Source of the DNA: an uncultured virus (IMG/VR IMGVR_UViG_3300020048_000030)
Lineage: Duplodnaviria; Heunggongvirae; Uroviricota; Caudoviricetes
DNA length: 24,416 nucleotides
Reading direction: 5' to 3' (one strand)
Virus record (IMG/VR): IMGVR_UViG_3300020048_000030
Positions 9,047 through 17,426 of this stretch are shown in pieces. The notes beneath the pieces are model-generated. The model was given only the letters and a program-made list of their open reading frames with translations. It ran no database searches and was not told where the DNA came from. The translations under genes were made by a program, and so were the position numbers. The stretch's first letter is position 1. The number at the start of each line of letters is the position of its first letter.

Positions 9047-9590
9047 TTAAAAAATTACTACAATTGCAATAACCCATAATAATATTAATAGTATAAAATA
9101 TAACAATTTAATTTTTTTATCTATTAATTTAGATTTTTCTTTTTCATTAATAGAGTCTTCTAGTCTAGATAAAGTATTTTTTAGATTAAATAATGCCATA
9201 TCATTTTTAATAATATAATCATATGCACCTTCTTTCATCATAGATGCTGCAATTTCAACATTTTCTTGACCGGATAAAATGACAACACTAACAGTAGGAT
9301 TATTTATAGCAACATAATTTAATACATCACCACCATTTAATCCATTTTCAGATAATTTATGATCTAATACAATACAGTCAGGTGATTCTTTTTTTAAAAA
9401 AGAAATAACATCTTCTCCGTTATGAAATAATTTAATATTTTCATATCCAGATTTTTCTAAATTTATCTGTACTAATTTAGCATAAAAAGGAATATCATCT
9501 ACTACAAATAAATTAATTCTTCTATATGGTATAGTGCNNNNNNNNNNTGCCAATTAATTTATTAATTATTTTTATAAATATATTTTTCAT
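9047..9590 (-). CDS. CheY-like response-regulator receiver with C-terminal transmembrane anchor; spans a 10-N scaffold gap
   Basis: VVDD, IVLDHKL (phosphoacceptor D), ILSGQ and DYIIK motifs; hydrophobic tail LLYFILLILLWVIAIVVIF. The likely start is ATG at 9590 (MKNIFIKIINKLIG), in frame if the gap is collapsed on the duplicated tgc. Confidence 0.8.
9538..9547. other. Assembly gap (10 N)
   Basis: Run of n flanked on both sides by tgc. Confidence 0.95.
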
Positions 9591-9607
9591 TATTAATATT
9601 TTTATTT

Positions 9608-9643
9608 TATATATTAAAAATAATGGTGTCCATTTTATATATA
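9608..9643. promoter_or_regulatory. Back-to-back ATATATA promoter cores (minus: TAATATATA 9608-9616; plus: TTATATATA 9635-9643)
   Basis: The minus core is 17 nt before the receiver gene ATG; the plus core is 5 nt before the endonuclease ATG. Confidence 0.55.
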
Positions 9644-9648
9644 TTAAT

Positions 9649-10773
9649 ATGTCATTAAGAAAATCACAAATAGAAGTAGATGAAATAATTAATAAAAGAT
9701 TAGAAGAAATTAATGTATCATTAAGAGAACCATATATACATAAGAATAATAGGTCAAAATTACAATTAATATGTAATATAGATAATCATATATGGGATGT
9801 TAAATACTTTTCTTTTATAAATAAAAAAAGTGGATGTCCAAGATGTGCTGGTCAAATTATATATAAAGAAGAAGCTGAAAATAATGTTAATAAAAGATTA
9901 AGAGAAATAAATGCAACATTAAGAGAACCATTTACTTATATTGGTGCTGAAAAAACAAGACTGAAATTAAAGTGTAACATAGATGGATATGAATGGGAAA
10001 CACATTATTCAAATTTTGTGAATAATAAAACTGGTTGTTTTAGATGTAGTGGTCATGTTCTTTATAATTATGAAATAGTAGATAATATTAATAGAATATT
10101 GAAAGAAATAAATGCGACATTAAGAGAACCATACATACACATAAATAATAAATCAAAATTAAAATTAAAATGTAAAATAGATAATTGTGAGTGGGAATCT
10201 ACTTATTATAATTTTGTAAATAGTAATAAAGGATGTCCAAAATGTGCAAATGTTTTAAAATTAACACAAGAAGAAGTAGAAGAAAAGATATTAAGACAAT
10301 GTAAAATAATGAATTATGAAATAAATAAACCATTTGTTTATGAAAATACACGTACACTATCATTAGAAATTAAGTGTAATAAATGTAATCATATTTGGAA
10401 TGTTAAATTAAATAATTTTATAAGTCATAAAAGTGGATGTCCTAAGTGTAATACATCAAAAGGTGAAAATAAAATTGAAACTATATTAAAAGAAAAAAAC
10501 ATACAGTATGAAACACAAAAAATTTTTTATGGGTGTATAGATAAAGGTTTTTTGAAATTTGATTTTTATTTACCCAATATTAATACATGTATTGAATTTG
10601 ATGGTGAACAACATTTTAAATCATTTAAATTTTTTGGTGGTAAAGAAAAATTAAAACAAAATAAAAAAAGAGATGAAATAAAAAATCAATACTGTTTAGA
10701 AAACAATATTGATTTAATTCGTATTCCATATTATGAATTTGATAATATTGAAGAAATATTAAAAAGAATGTAA
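9649..10773 (+). CDS. Homing-endonuclease-like protein: four Zn-ribbon repeats plus C-terminal PD-(D/E)XK (Vsr/DUF559-like) nuclease
   Basis: Repeats LREPY..KL.L.C..D...W.....F...K.GCP.C; tail SKGE..I...L...FDFYLP..N.CIEFDGEQHF...RD..K..YC..N.I.LIRIPY; 3' end overlaps gp55 by 15 nt. Confidence 0.8.
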   Translation: MSLRKSQIEVDEIINKRLEEINVSLREPYIHKNNRSKLQLICNIDNHIWDVKYFSFINKKSGCPRCAGQIIYKEEAENNVNKRLREINATLREPFTYIGAEKTRLKLKCNIDGYEWETHYSNFVNNKTGCFRCSGHVLYNYEIVDNINRILKEINATLREPYIHINNKSKLKLKCKIDNCEWESTYYNFVNSNKGCPKCANVLKLTQEEVEEKILRQCKIMNYEINKPFVYENTRTLSLEIKCNKCNHIWNVKLNNFISHKSGCPKCNTSKGENKIETILKEKNIQYETQKIFYGCIDKGFLKFDFYLPNINTCIEFDGEQHFKSFKFFGGKEKLKQNKKRDEIKNQYCLENNIDLIRIPYYEFDNIEEILKRM

Positions 10774-11136
10774 TCCTTTACCTTCATTTGCACGATCAAT
10801 ACTTATCATCTTAATAATATCATCATTATAACTTTTTTTGTTATTAATTAGATTTATTCCGTCGGCCAGTCCGCGTTTAAAAATTTCTGTGAAATATGGA
10901 AATGCTGATTCATACTTACGGTGATTGAAATTTTTCCAATTTTGAAACATATGTAGGAGGCCTTGTTGTATGCAGTCATTCCTATCATCTATTGTATTAT
11001 AATTTCTTTCTTTTTTTCTAATAGTATTCTTTGCAATCAAAATTAATAATTGTTCTGCTCTTGGTGTTAGTTTACCTTTGCCTTTTGACACTATCATTTC
11101 TCTATAAAATTCACGATCATCTAAATATTTTGGCAT
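10759..11136 (-). CDS. gp55: T4 gp55-like late-transcription sigma factor
   Basis: From ATG 11136: MPKYLDDREFYREM...LILIAKN...DCIQQGL...NWKNFN..KY..AF.YFTEI..; matches gp55 region 2 (Y....E....., IA, NF...KY.N.F.Y.T). The TTG start at 11175 in the track is less likely. Confidence 0.85.
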   Translation of the reverse strand: MPKYLDDREFYREMIVSKGKGKLTPRAEQLLILIAKNTIRKKERNYNTIDDRNDCIQQGLLHMFQNWKNFNHRKYESAFPYFTEIFKRGLADGINLINNKKSYNDDIIKMISIDRANEGKGLHSF

Positions 11137-11350
11137 TTTTATTAAATTTTTTTTTGTTAAAAAATTTGTTTCCAAACTTTTTTTTAAGTACTTTTGTAAC
11201 TTGGGAAATATTTTTGTATATATTTTTTTTAAAACCCCATTTTACTATATATAATCTTATATACAAAAAGTTCTTAAAAGTTTCTTTATTCTAGTTAAAA
11301 TAATTGATGTTTTATTTTAATTTATTCATTATCAATATGTTAAAATTATA

Positions 11351-11379
11351 AAAACTTTAATTAAATTAATAGATATATA
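11351..11379 (+). promoter_or_regulatory. Putative AAAACTTT-N15-TATAT promoter upstream of two mini-ORFs
   Basis: The same motif and spacing occur at 18591-18618 upstream of guaC. Confidence 0.5.
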
Positions 11380-11383
11380 TGAT

Positions 11384-11554
11384 ATGGATCTATTTAATTT
11401 ATTACCTATTGTTAGAAGAGTGTCTGCTAATTCAATTGCAGATGATTTAATTGGAATGAGACCTGATGAAACTTGGGATAAAGCAGTACATAGACATATG
11501 TTAGAAATGAGATTAAAGAAGATTACAAAAATAAAACAACAGATGAAGAAATGA
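11384..11554 (+). CDS. 56-aa mini-protein with a major-capsid-protein-like segment and basic C-terminal helix
   Basis: MDLFNLLPIVRRVSANSIADDLIGMRPDETWDKAVHRHMLEMRLKKITKIKQQMKK; LPIVRRV....IADDLIG..P resembles the gp23-family L..VRR....IA.D..GVQP motif; ATGA overlap with the next ORF. Confidence 0.7.
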   Translation: MDLFNLLPIVRRVSANSIADDLIGMRPDETWDKAVHRHMLEMRLKKITKIKQQMKK

Positions 11555-11664
11555 AAATGCCTTATTCACAAACACTAGAAGAATTTTGGTATCAATATGT
11601 TAAAAATATTAAAATAAAGAAAAGAAGAGAAAAGATTTTAAAATTAAAAAAGAAGATTGGTTAA
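11551..11664 (+). CDS. 37-aa basic mini-protein
   Basis: MKMPYSQTLEEFWYQYVKNIKIKKRREKILKLKKKIG; ATGA-coupled to the upstream ORF; its stop shares TTAA with the convergent gene. Confidence 0.55.
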   Translation: MKMPYSQTLEEFWYQYVKNIKIKKRREKILKLKKKIG

Positions 11665-12611
11665 TCTTCTTTTTCTTCAGGTGGTGTTTTAGTAAATGTA
11701 GTAACTAGTGGAACATCTTCATCATTCATACCACCATAGTCTTTTCTTTTAAATAGAAGAATTCTTCTATTTATAGCATCTAATTTTTTTCTTTCATCTT
11801 TACTTAGATATTTAGCTTCCTGTTTTTTTCTAAGTTTTTCTTTTTCTTCTTTTTTGTTTTCATTTATAACTTCATTGTATTTATTCTTAATTCCACTATC
11901 TTTATTTATAGTAACATTTAAAAAATTAATAAATATCTGTTCATATTTTTTTAACTCTTCTTTAGTATGATTATTTTCTTCATAATCTTTCATCATTAAT
12001 CTAATCACATTTTCTGATTTATTATTTTTTAATAAATATTTAATTTGTGTAGTAAATGGAATATATTCAAGCCAAACATTAGGATATGTATTATGTCCAA
12101 AACAATCTTTTGGGTTAAAAACATTATCCCATGATCCAAATTTATCAGCTGTAATAAATTGATTTTTTATTTTTGGTATATCTTTATAATCTCTCCAAGA
12201 TACAACATGTCCTATTTCATGAGGTATCCAACCATCTACATCATTATCCCATGCAGATTTTTCAAATACAATCATATTTGTTTTTCTCATAGAAACACTT
12301 TTTCCTGTTTTACCAAATTTTACAAAAACACCATCTGGTACTAATCCTATTATAATATTTTCTGGTTCATAATACTTTAATATGATATTAGAATTATTTA
12401 ATCCTTTATAACCCATCATAGAAAAAGCTGATATAATATAATTTTTACATTTTGTTACTATCATATCATCCTCCAAGATTTTCTTTCCGATATTTTTACA
12501 ATCAATAAAAAGTTGTTTATCTTCTTTTTCATTTTGTATAAGAATTTCTACTTGATTTTTAAAAAAATCACCAATAGTTGCTTCATTTACAAATTCTTTA
12601 AATGTTTTCAT
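11661..12611 (-). CDS. Putative internal head protein with HExxH zincin-like motif
   Basis: Leader MKTFKEFVNE; WIPHEIGHV and a downstream E (WLEY); a second leader-like motif KYNEVINE near the C-terminus. Confidence 0.6.
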   Translation of the reverse strand: MKTFKEFVNEATIGDFFKNQVEILIQNEKEDKQLFIDCKNIGKKILEDDMIVTKCKNYIISAFSMMGYKGLNNSNIILKYYEPENIIIGLVPDGVFVKFGKTGKSVSMRKTNMIVFEKSAWDNDVDGWIPHEIGHVVSWRDYKDIPKIKNQFITADKFGSWDNVFNPKDCFGHNTYPNVWLEYIPFTTQIKYLLKNNKSENVIRLMMKDYEENNHTKEELKKYEQIFINFLNVTINKDSGIKNKYNEVINENKKEEKEKLRKKQEAKYLSKDERKKLDAINRRILLFKRKDYGGMNDEDVPLVTTFTKTPPEEKED

Positions 12612-12877
12612 ATTATTTTAAATTTTGTTTCAAATTTTCCACCAATAACCTTACATAGTTTATCTTTGTAAACAGTAAATGTAATATTATATTCTCTACC
12701 CATCTCATCTAATTTTTCAATCTTGGAAATTTTAACACATTGTTCATTTTTCCATAAAAATGATTGATTTTCAATTAAAAATTTAGAAAACGATTGTAAT
12801 GTTTTAACTGGTATTGAATCTGTTAAAGTGAATACTTCTTCATTTAAGAAGTTATCATATTTTATTATTTTTTCCAT
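12608..12877 (-). CDS. Small hypothetical protein with capsid-targeting-like leader
   Basis: 89 aa, MEKIIKYDNFLNEE; TAATATATA 21 nt upstream; ATGA overlap with the next gene. Confidence 0.7.
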   Translation of the reverse strand: MEKIIKYDNFLNEEVFTLTDSIPVKTLQSFSKFLIENQSFLWKNEQCVKISKIEKLDEMGREYNITFTVYKDKLCKVIGGKFETKFKII

Positions 12878-12897
12878 TCTTTTATTGATATTTTTTA

Positions 12898-14166
12898 TTA
12901 TATATTAATAATTTTATTTATATTATTATCTAATAATTTTTCTAATCCAAAATGTTTTGGTTTAATTTTTAATAATTCATTTAATGTAACCCACTTATAA
13001 TCTTCTGTTTCAACCAACCCTCTTTCATTTTCCCAATCTAATTCTGGATCAAATTCATCTTCAATCAATCCAATAAAATTATGATATGTAAATCCTCTTT
13101 CTTTATAAATATATGAAGGAATTAATTCAATTGGTTTATTACATCCAGTTTCTTCATTAAATTCTCTAATAGCAGATTCTTCAACATCTTCATTATCTTC
13201 AATTTTACCACCCCAGATTCCCCATGTATGAGGTTCTAATACATAACTTGATCTAAATGCAAGTAAGAATCTTTTAGTTTTTTTACAATATGGTAGAATT
13301 CCAGCACCTATATTTCCCCATCTACCAGTATTTGTCATATGTTCATTAATATTAGTTTTAACTAATAATACAGGTGAATCAGTATATTCAGCAATATATG
13401 TACCTCTTTTACTATATTCTGTGGTTGCAAATTTATTAATTGTACTTTCATTTATATCTTCATAATTAAATATATCATAATTTTCAGGAGCAAATAAAAA
13501 TTCCATATATTCTCTAAAAGTCATATTATGTTTTTTCATATTATTTACTATTACAAGTTCTCTATCTTTCCATTGAGATAAATTTTTAGGATTATTAAAA
13601 ATATTTTCTAATTTTTTAATTACTTCTTCAATATTATTAGGAGTTATTTCATTAAAATTACTCATATCTTTTAATAACATTGCCATATCAGATGGACCAT
13701 TAATATAATAATTTCCAAATTCTTCTTCAAATAATTTAGTTCTAAAATTTCCAAATAAATAAGGCATACAAACAATTTTAGCATGATCAAATGGTATTAC
13801 ATAATAATAAGAATTTGCAAAAACTGATGTTATACCACCAGAAGTAGCCATATTTAATGAATTTTTCTTTAATGGTAAATCTTTACTTTTCCATAAATCA
13901 GATGAAATAAATTCTGTTGTGATATAATTAAAATCAAATTTAAATTGATTTATTGTTTGTTCACTATTTACTAAATAATAATTACCTTTTAAACTTTTAT
14001 CACCCCTATAAAAATGAATTCTATTTTTAAGATATGTTTTACAATATTTATTACGAATATTAAAATACATATTCTTATCTAATTCAGTGATATATTTACT
14101 TGAATTTACTATTGATTCAATATCATCTGATGATTCTAATAAAAAATTTTCAAAGTTTGTTATCAT
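12898..14166 (-). CDS. Two-domain protein: N-terminal possible ADP-ribosyltransferase-like domain plus C-terminal Nudix hydrolase, with capsid-targeting-like leader
   Basis: The Nudix box GGKIEDNEDVEESAIREFNEETG is clear; the N-domain has HFYRG and SLNMATS (ART-like, tentative); leader MITNFENFLLES. Confidence 0.75.
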   Translation of the reverse strand: MITNFENFLLESSDDIESIVNSSKYITELDKNMYFNIRNKYCKTYLKNRIHFYRGDKSLKGNYYLVNSEQTINQFKFDFNYITTEFISSDLWKSKDLPLKKNSLNMATSGGITSVFANSYYYVIPFDHAKIVCMPYLFGNFRTKLFEEEFGNYYINGPSDMAMLLKDMSNFNEITPNNIEEVIKKLENIFNNPKNLSQWKDRELVIVNNMKKHNMTFREYMEFLFAPENYDIFNYEDINESTINKFATTEYSKRGTYIAEYTDSPVLLVKTNINEHMTNTGRWGNIGAGILPYCKKTKRFLLAFRSSYVLEPHTWGIWGGKIEDNEDVEESAIREFNEETGCNKPIELIPSYIYKERGFTYHNFIGLIEDEFDPELDWENERGLVETEDYKWVTLNELLKIKPKHFGLEKLLDNNINKIINI

Positions 14167-14173
14167 ATCTATT

Positions 14174-14716
14174 TTATTTTTTAATAAACATATCTAATGT
14201 TGTTTTATCTAATTTTTCAATTGGTAATATTTTAGTAACTGGACTTCCAAAATGATATTTTTTAATTGAAAATTTATCATTATTCAATATATATTCTGTT
14301 GCTGAATGTCCTATTGTGGGGTTATTAATACAATCAAAAACTAATGGTTTATCCTTACCTGCTTTTGGGTATGCATCTAACATATTTCCAATAACCCATT
14401 TATTATCTTTAAGAACATATATAGTAACTTTATTATTTTTAATATTTAATGCACATTTAATTTCTTTATCAAATAAGAATAAAATAGAATTGGCTTCATA
14501 TTCAAATTTAGGGTCAACAAAAAATGAATTTTGATACCATTCTTTTAATCCTTTATCATCACCACCCGTATTTGCATGTTCAGATTTCCATCTTTTAGTT
14601 TCTCCTTTATCAGTTATAAGATATTTAGAACCTTGCCCAGTTTCAAAATATAATATAATATTATTTCCTGTACTTGATGTAATTGATTCTTTTAATAATT
14701 GTGTAAATTTTTTCAT
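14174..14716 (-). CDS. Hypothetical protein with capsid-targeting-like leader
   Basis: 180-aa ORF in a tight operon; starts MKKFTQLLKES. Confidence 0.7.
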   Translation of the reverse strand: MKKFTQLLKESITSSTGNNIILYFETGQGSKYLITDKGETKRWKSEHANTGGDDKGLKEWYQNSFFVDPKFEYEANSILFLFDKEIKCALNIKNNKVTIYVLKDNKWVIGNMLDAYPKAGKDKPLVFDCINNPTIGHSATEYILNNDKFSIKKYHFGSPVTKILPIEKLDKTTLDMFIKK

Positions 14717-14719
14717 ATT

Positions 14720-15991
14720 TTATTTCTGTTCAGTTTGTACAACTTTTTCTGGTTGTGTCTTTTGTACTTCTTTATTTGGTTGTGTTTCTTTTATTGGTTG
14801 AGATTTTTGTACTTCTTTTGGTTGTTCTGTTGATTTAGGTGAAGATGGGTTTATTTTTGCTAATGTAGGTTGTATAGTTTGATAAATTCCAATACATAAT
14901 GCTAAATTTTCAAGAATTGCTAATATATCTGAAATATAAGGTATTTTTTGTGCAATCCCTTTAATTTTATCTACTACACTTTTTGGATCAATTCCAATTT
15001 TACCATAAATTTCATCTAATGTTTTATTTTTAATATCATGTGTAAATGTTGATATATCACCTTTTTTCATTGCTTCTTGAAACTCTTTTAATTTATTTCC
15101 TATTTTTTCATTAAATTTATAAATTACATATATTTCTAACATATCAAATAAAAATCTTAATCCTCTAACAAATCTATCTGTTTCTTTTAATAAATCAACT
15201 GCTTCAGTTACTTTTTCTTCATCTTCTTTATCTATCCAAATAAAAAATTTTCTTATAAATTCTTCAACAGCATACAATCCTTGTTTAATCATATCTTCCA
15301 TTTTTGGAATCCAACTAAAAGGTGGTAATGATTGAATTTTATCTCCTAATCTTTGAAGAAACGATTTCTTTTCTGTTTCATCTCCTTCATTTAAAAAATC
15401 ATTACAGAAATAATTAAATCCTTCATTTGTTCCTTTACTGAAAACATTTTTAAAAAAATTAATTAATTTATTAAATAGTTTTACTGGTAATTCAGTTAAT
15501 ACAAATTTTAATATAGTACCAGCACCATCTACCCATTTTTTTAAATTATCACCTTTTCTATTCATATAATCAGTGATTAAAACTAATAATTCTGGTTTTG
15601 GTATTATTTTACTTTTAAATGTACTTACAGAATTTTTAATCAATCCACTAACAGCATCTCTTATTTGAGTAGCAATAAGTTTAACAAAATCTACTATATC
15701 TTTAGCTTTTTTAGCAACTGATGTTAATAATTCTCCTGCTTGTGATTTTATTTTTAAAACTCCTTTTGTAGCCTTATCTTTTAAATCATCAAACCAACTT
15801 TCATTTAAACTATAATCAAATTCATTTAATAGTGTTTTTTCAAAATCAGTTAAATGGAATTCATAGATACTATTAAATATTTCTACAAAATATAATTTAT
15901 CATCATTCTCAATATTAAGTGATTCTAATAAAAGATAATTATCATTTATATTTATCTTTTCATTTACAAATTGGTCATATTTTGTTATCAT
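14720..15991 (-). CDS. Helical/amphipathic hypothetical protein with capsid-targeting-like leader and multiple [LV]xE sites
   Basis: MITKYDQFVNE; LLLES, LLNE, SLNES, FLNEG and VTEA motifs; hydrophobic ILAILENLALCIGIY; Q/P/K/E/T repeat tail. Confidence 0.7.
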   Translation of the reverse strand: MITKYDQFVNEKININDNYLLLESLNIENDDKLYFVEIFNSIYEFHLTDFEKTLLNEFDYSLNESWFDDLKDKATKGVLKIKSQAGELLTSVAKKAKDIVDFVKLIATQIRDAVSGLIKNSVSTFKSKIIPKPELLVLITDYMNRKGDNLKKWVDGAGTILKFVLTELPVKLFNKLINFFKNVFSKGTNEGFNYFCNDFLNEGDETEKKSFLQRLGDKIQSLPPFSWIPKMEDMIKQGLYAVEEFIRKFFIWIDKEDEEKVTEAVDLLKETDRFVRGLRFLFDMLEIYVIYKFNEKIGNKLKEFQEAMKKGDISTFTHDIKNKTLDEIYGKIGIDPKSVVDKIKGIAQKIPYISDILAILENLALCIGIYQTIQPTLAKINPSSPKSTEQPKEVQKSQPIKETQPNKEVQKTQPEKVVQTEQK

Positions 15992-16013
15992 ATTTTACTA
16001 TTTTTTAAATTAA

Positions 16014-16041
16014 AAAAGGGTGAAATTAATTTCACCCTTTT
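16014..16041. terminator. Intrinsic terminator (perfect 28-nt palindrome) abutting a late promoter core
   Basis: aaaagggtgaaattaatttcaccctttt, followed by a U-tract on the minus strand; TAATATATA (minus) at 16041-16049. Confidence 0.8.
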
Positions 16042-16060
16042 ATATATTAAATATTAAAAA

Positions 16061-17341
16061 TTAAAGTTTCTTTCTTTCAGAAGTTTTTTCATTTTTAACA
16101 TCTTGAAGATTTTTAGTTAAATTATGTTTATGAACTAATAAATTATCAAAAGCAGCTTTTAATTCAGTTGATTCATTCATTAAATCACCAACTTCTTTTA
16201 ATGCTTCAATAGATTCATTAACTTCTTTTAATTTTAATTCAATTGATTTTTCTTTATCTTCTAATTTTCTAAATTGTCTTAATTCTTTAGAAAGTTTGTT
16301 TTCAAAAAATGGTGTTAAATCATATTCCATTTCTCTTTGTACATCTTGGATAAGTTGATTAACTGATTCATATTCAAATAAAGATGAACCTGTTCTTTTA
16401 TCAATATTATAAATATACATTTTATCTTTATAATTAAATGCGAAAGTTTCAGTCATAGGTCTTTTCATTGATGTAACTTTACAAGCAACGTCTAATTCAA
16501 CAATTTTTTCTAAATTATTTGTAACTCTTTCAATTAAATGATAGTAGTTTTTCTTCATAAATGGTACAAGAGGTGAATTAAATATATCTTCTAAGGTAGA
16601 TTCTTTATCAGTTTCTTCACCATTAATAAATAATCTATTGTCCATACTTACTGAAATTGCAAGATTTTCATCTAATTGGAATTTAATAGCATCTTTATCA
16701 AAATTTGATAATTTCATTGCTTGTTCTAAAGCTTCTAAAGTTTTAAGTTTTTCAACATCTTTAACTTGTTCTGCTAATACACATTGTTGAACTGTTCCTT
16801 CTTTTAATAAAAACCATCTGTCACCTACAAATGCAACATGTCCACCGTCTACTGATTCTACAACTGTATAAATTTTTGATGAACTTGATCCATTTGAATT
16901 AAAATTTTGTTTTTGTGTTGGATTTTGAATCAATCCAGCAACAAATACTTTAATTTCAGGAATCCAATCATACATACCTAATTCATTAACTATTGATTCC
17001 ATTCTTGCTTCATCTGTATCTTTTGCAATTACATCAAGAATTTTTTGAAGTGGATCACGATATAACATACCATAATTCTTTCTTTCAACTACTTTATATA
17101 ATTTTTTCAAGTCATATACTAATGGTCTTGCTTCAAGTTCTTCATCAAAAGATTCTAATAATTTTTTAACATCTGTATCATAACTATAATTAGCTAAATT
17201 CATTTTTAATGATTCTACTAATTCTCTTTCTGACATTTTATCAAACTGATATAAGTGTTTTTCAACTACTTGTGAAATATCTAGTTGATCTAATGTTAAA
17301 GATTGTTTGAAATTAAATAAGTCAAATTTCCAATTTTTCAT
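16061..17341 (-). CDS. Hypothetical late protein with C-terminal coiled coil (possible prohead core/structural protein)
   Basis: 426-aa ORF; acidic, with LVES/LLES/MNES motifs; shares the extended promoter with the protease gene. Confidence 0.6.
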   Translation of the reverse strand: MKNWKFDLFNFKQSLTLDQLDISQVVEKHLYQFDKMSERELVESLKMNLANYSYDTDVKKLLESFDEELEARPLVYDLKKLYKVVERKNYGMLYRDPLQKILDVIAKDTDEARMESIVNELGMYDWIPEIKVFVAGLIQNPTQKQNFNSNGSSSSKIYTVVESVDGGHVAFVGDRWFLLKEGTVQQCVLAEQVKDVEKLKTLEALEQAMKLSNFDKDAIKFQLDENLAISVSMDNRLFINGEETDKESTLEDIFNSPLVPFMKKNYYHLIERVTNNLEKIVELDVACKVTSMKRPMTETFAFNYKDKMYIYNIDKRTGSSLFEYESVNQLIQDVQREMEYDLTPFFENKLSKELRQFRKLEDKEKSIELKLKEVNESIEALKEVGDLMNESTELKAAFDNLLVHKHNLTKNLQDVKNEKTSERKKL

Positions 17342-17426
17342 TTTTATAATTATTTGTTTTTTAAGATGTTAAATATTCTTCATATCTTGCATCTTTTTGT
17401 AATTTTTTGTTTAATAAATCTATATG

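Noticed and set aside
11031..11294. 87-aa hydrophobic plus-strand ORF (holin-like look)
   Set aside because: Overlaps gp55 antisense and its T-rich promoter region; hydrophobicity is explained by T-runs; non-ATG start.
12159..14534. Plus-strand ORFs 12159..12344 and 14316..14534
   Set aside because: Antisense shadows within well-supported minus-strand genes.
17355..17400. Structured RNA in the 5' UTR of the 426-aa gene (aagatg...catctt)
   Set aside because: Only a 6-bp stem in AT-rich sequence; insufficient evidence. No tRNA or other ncRNA was recognised in the window.
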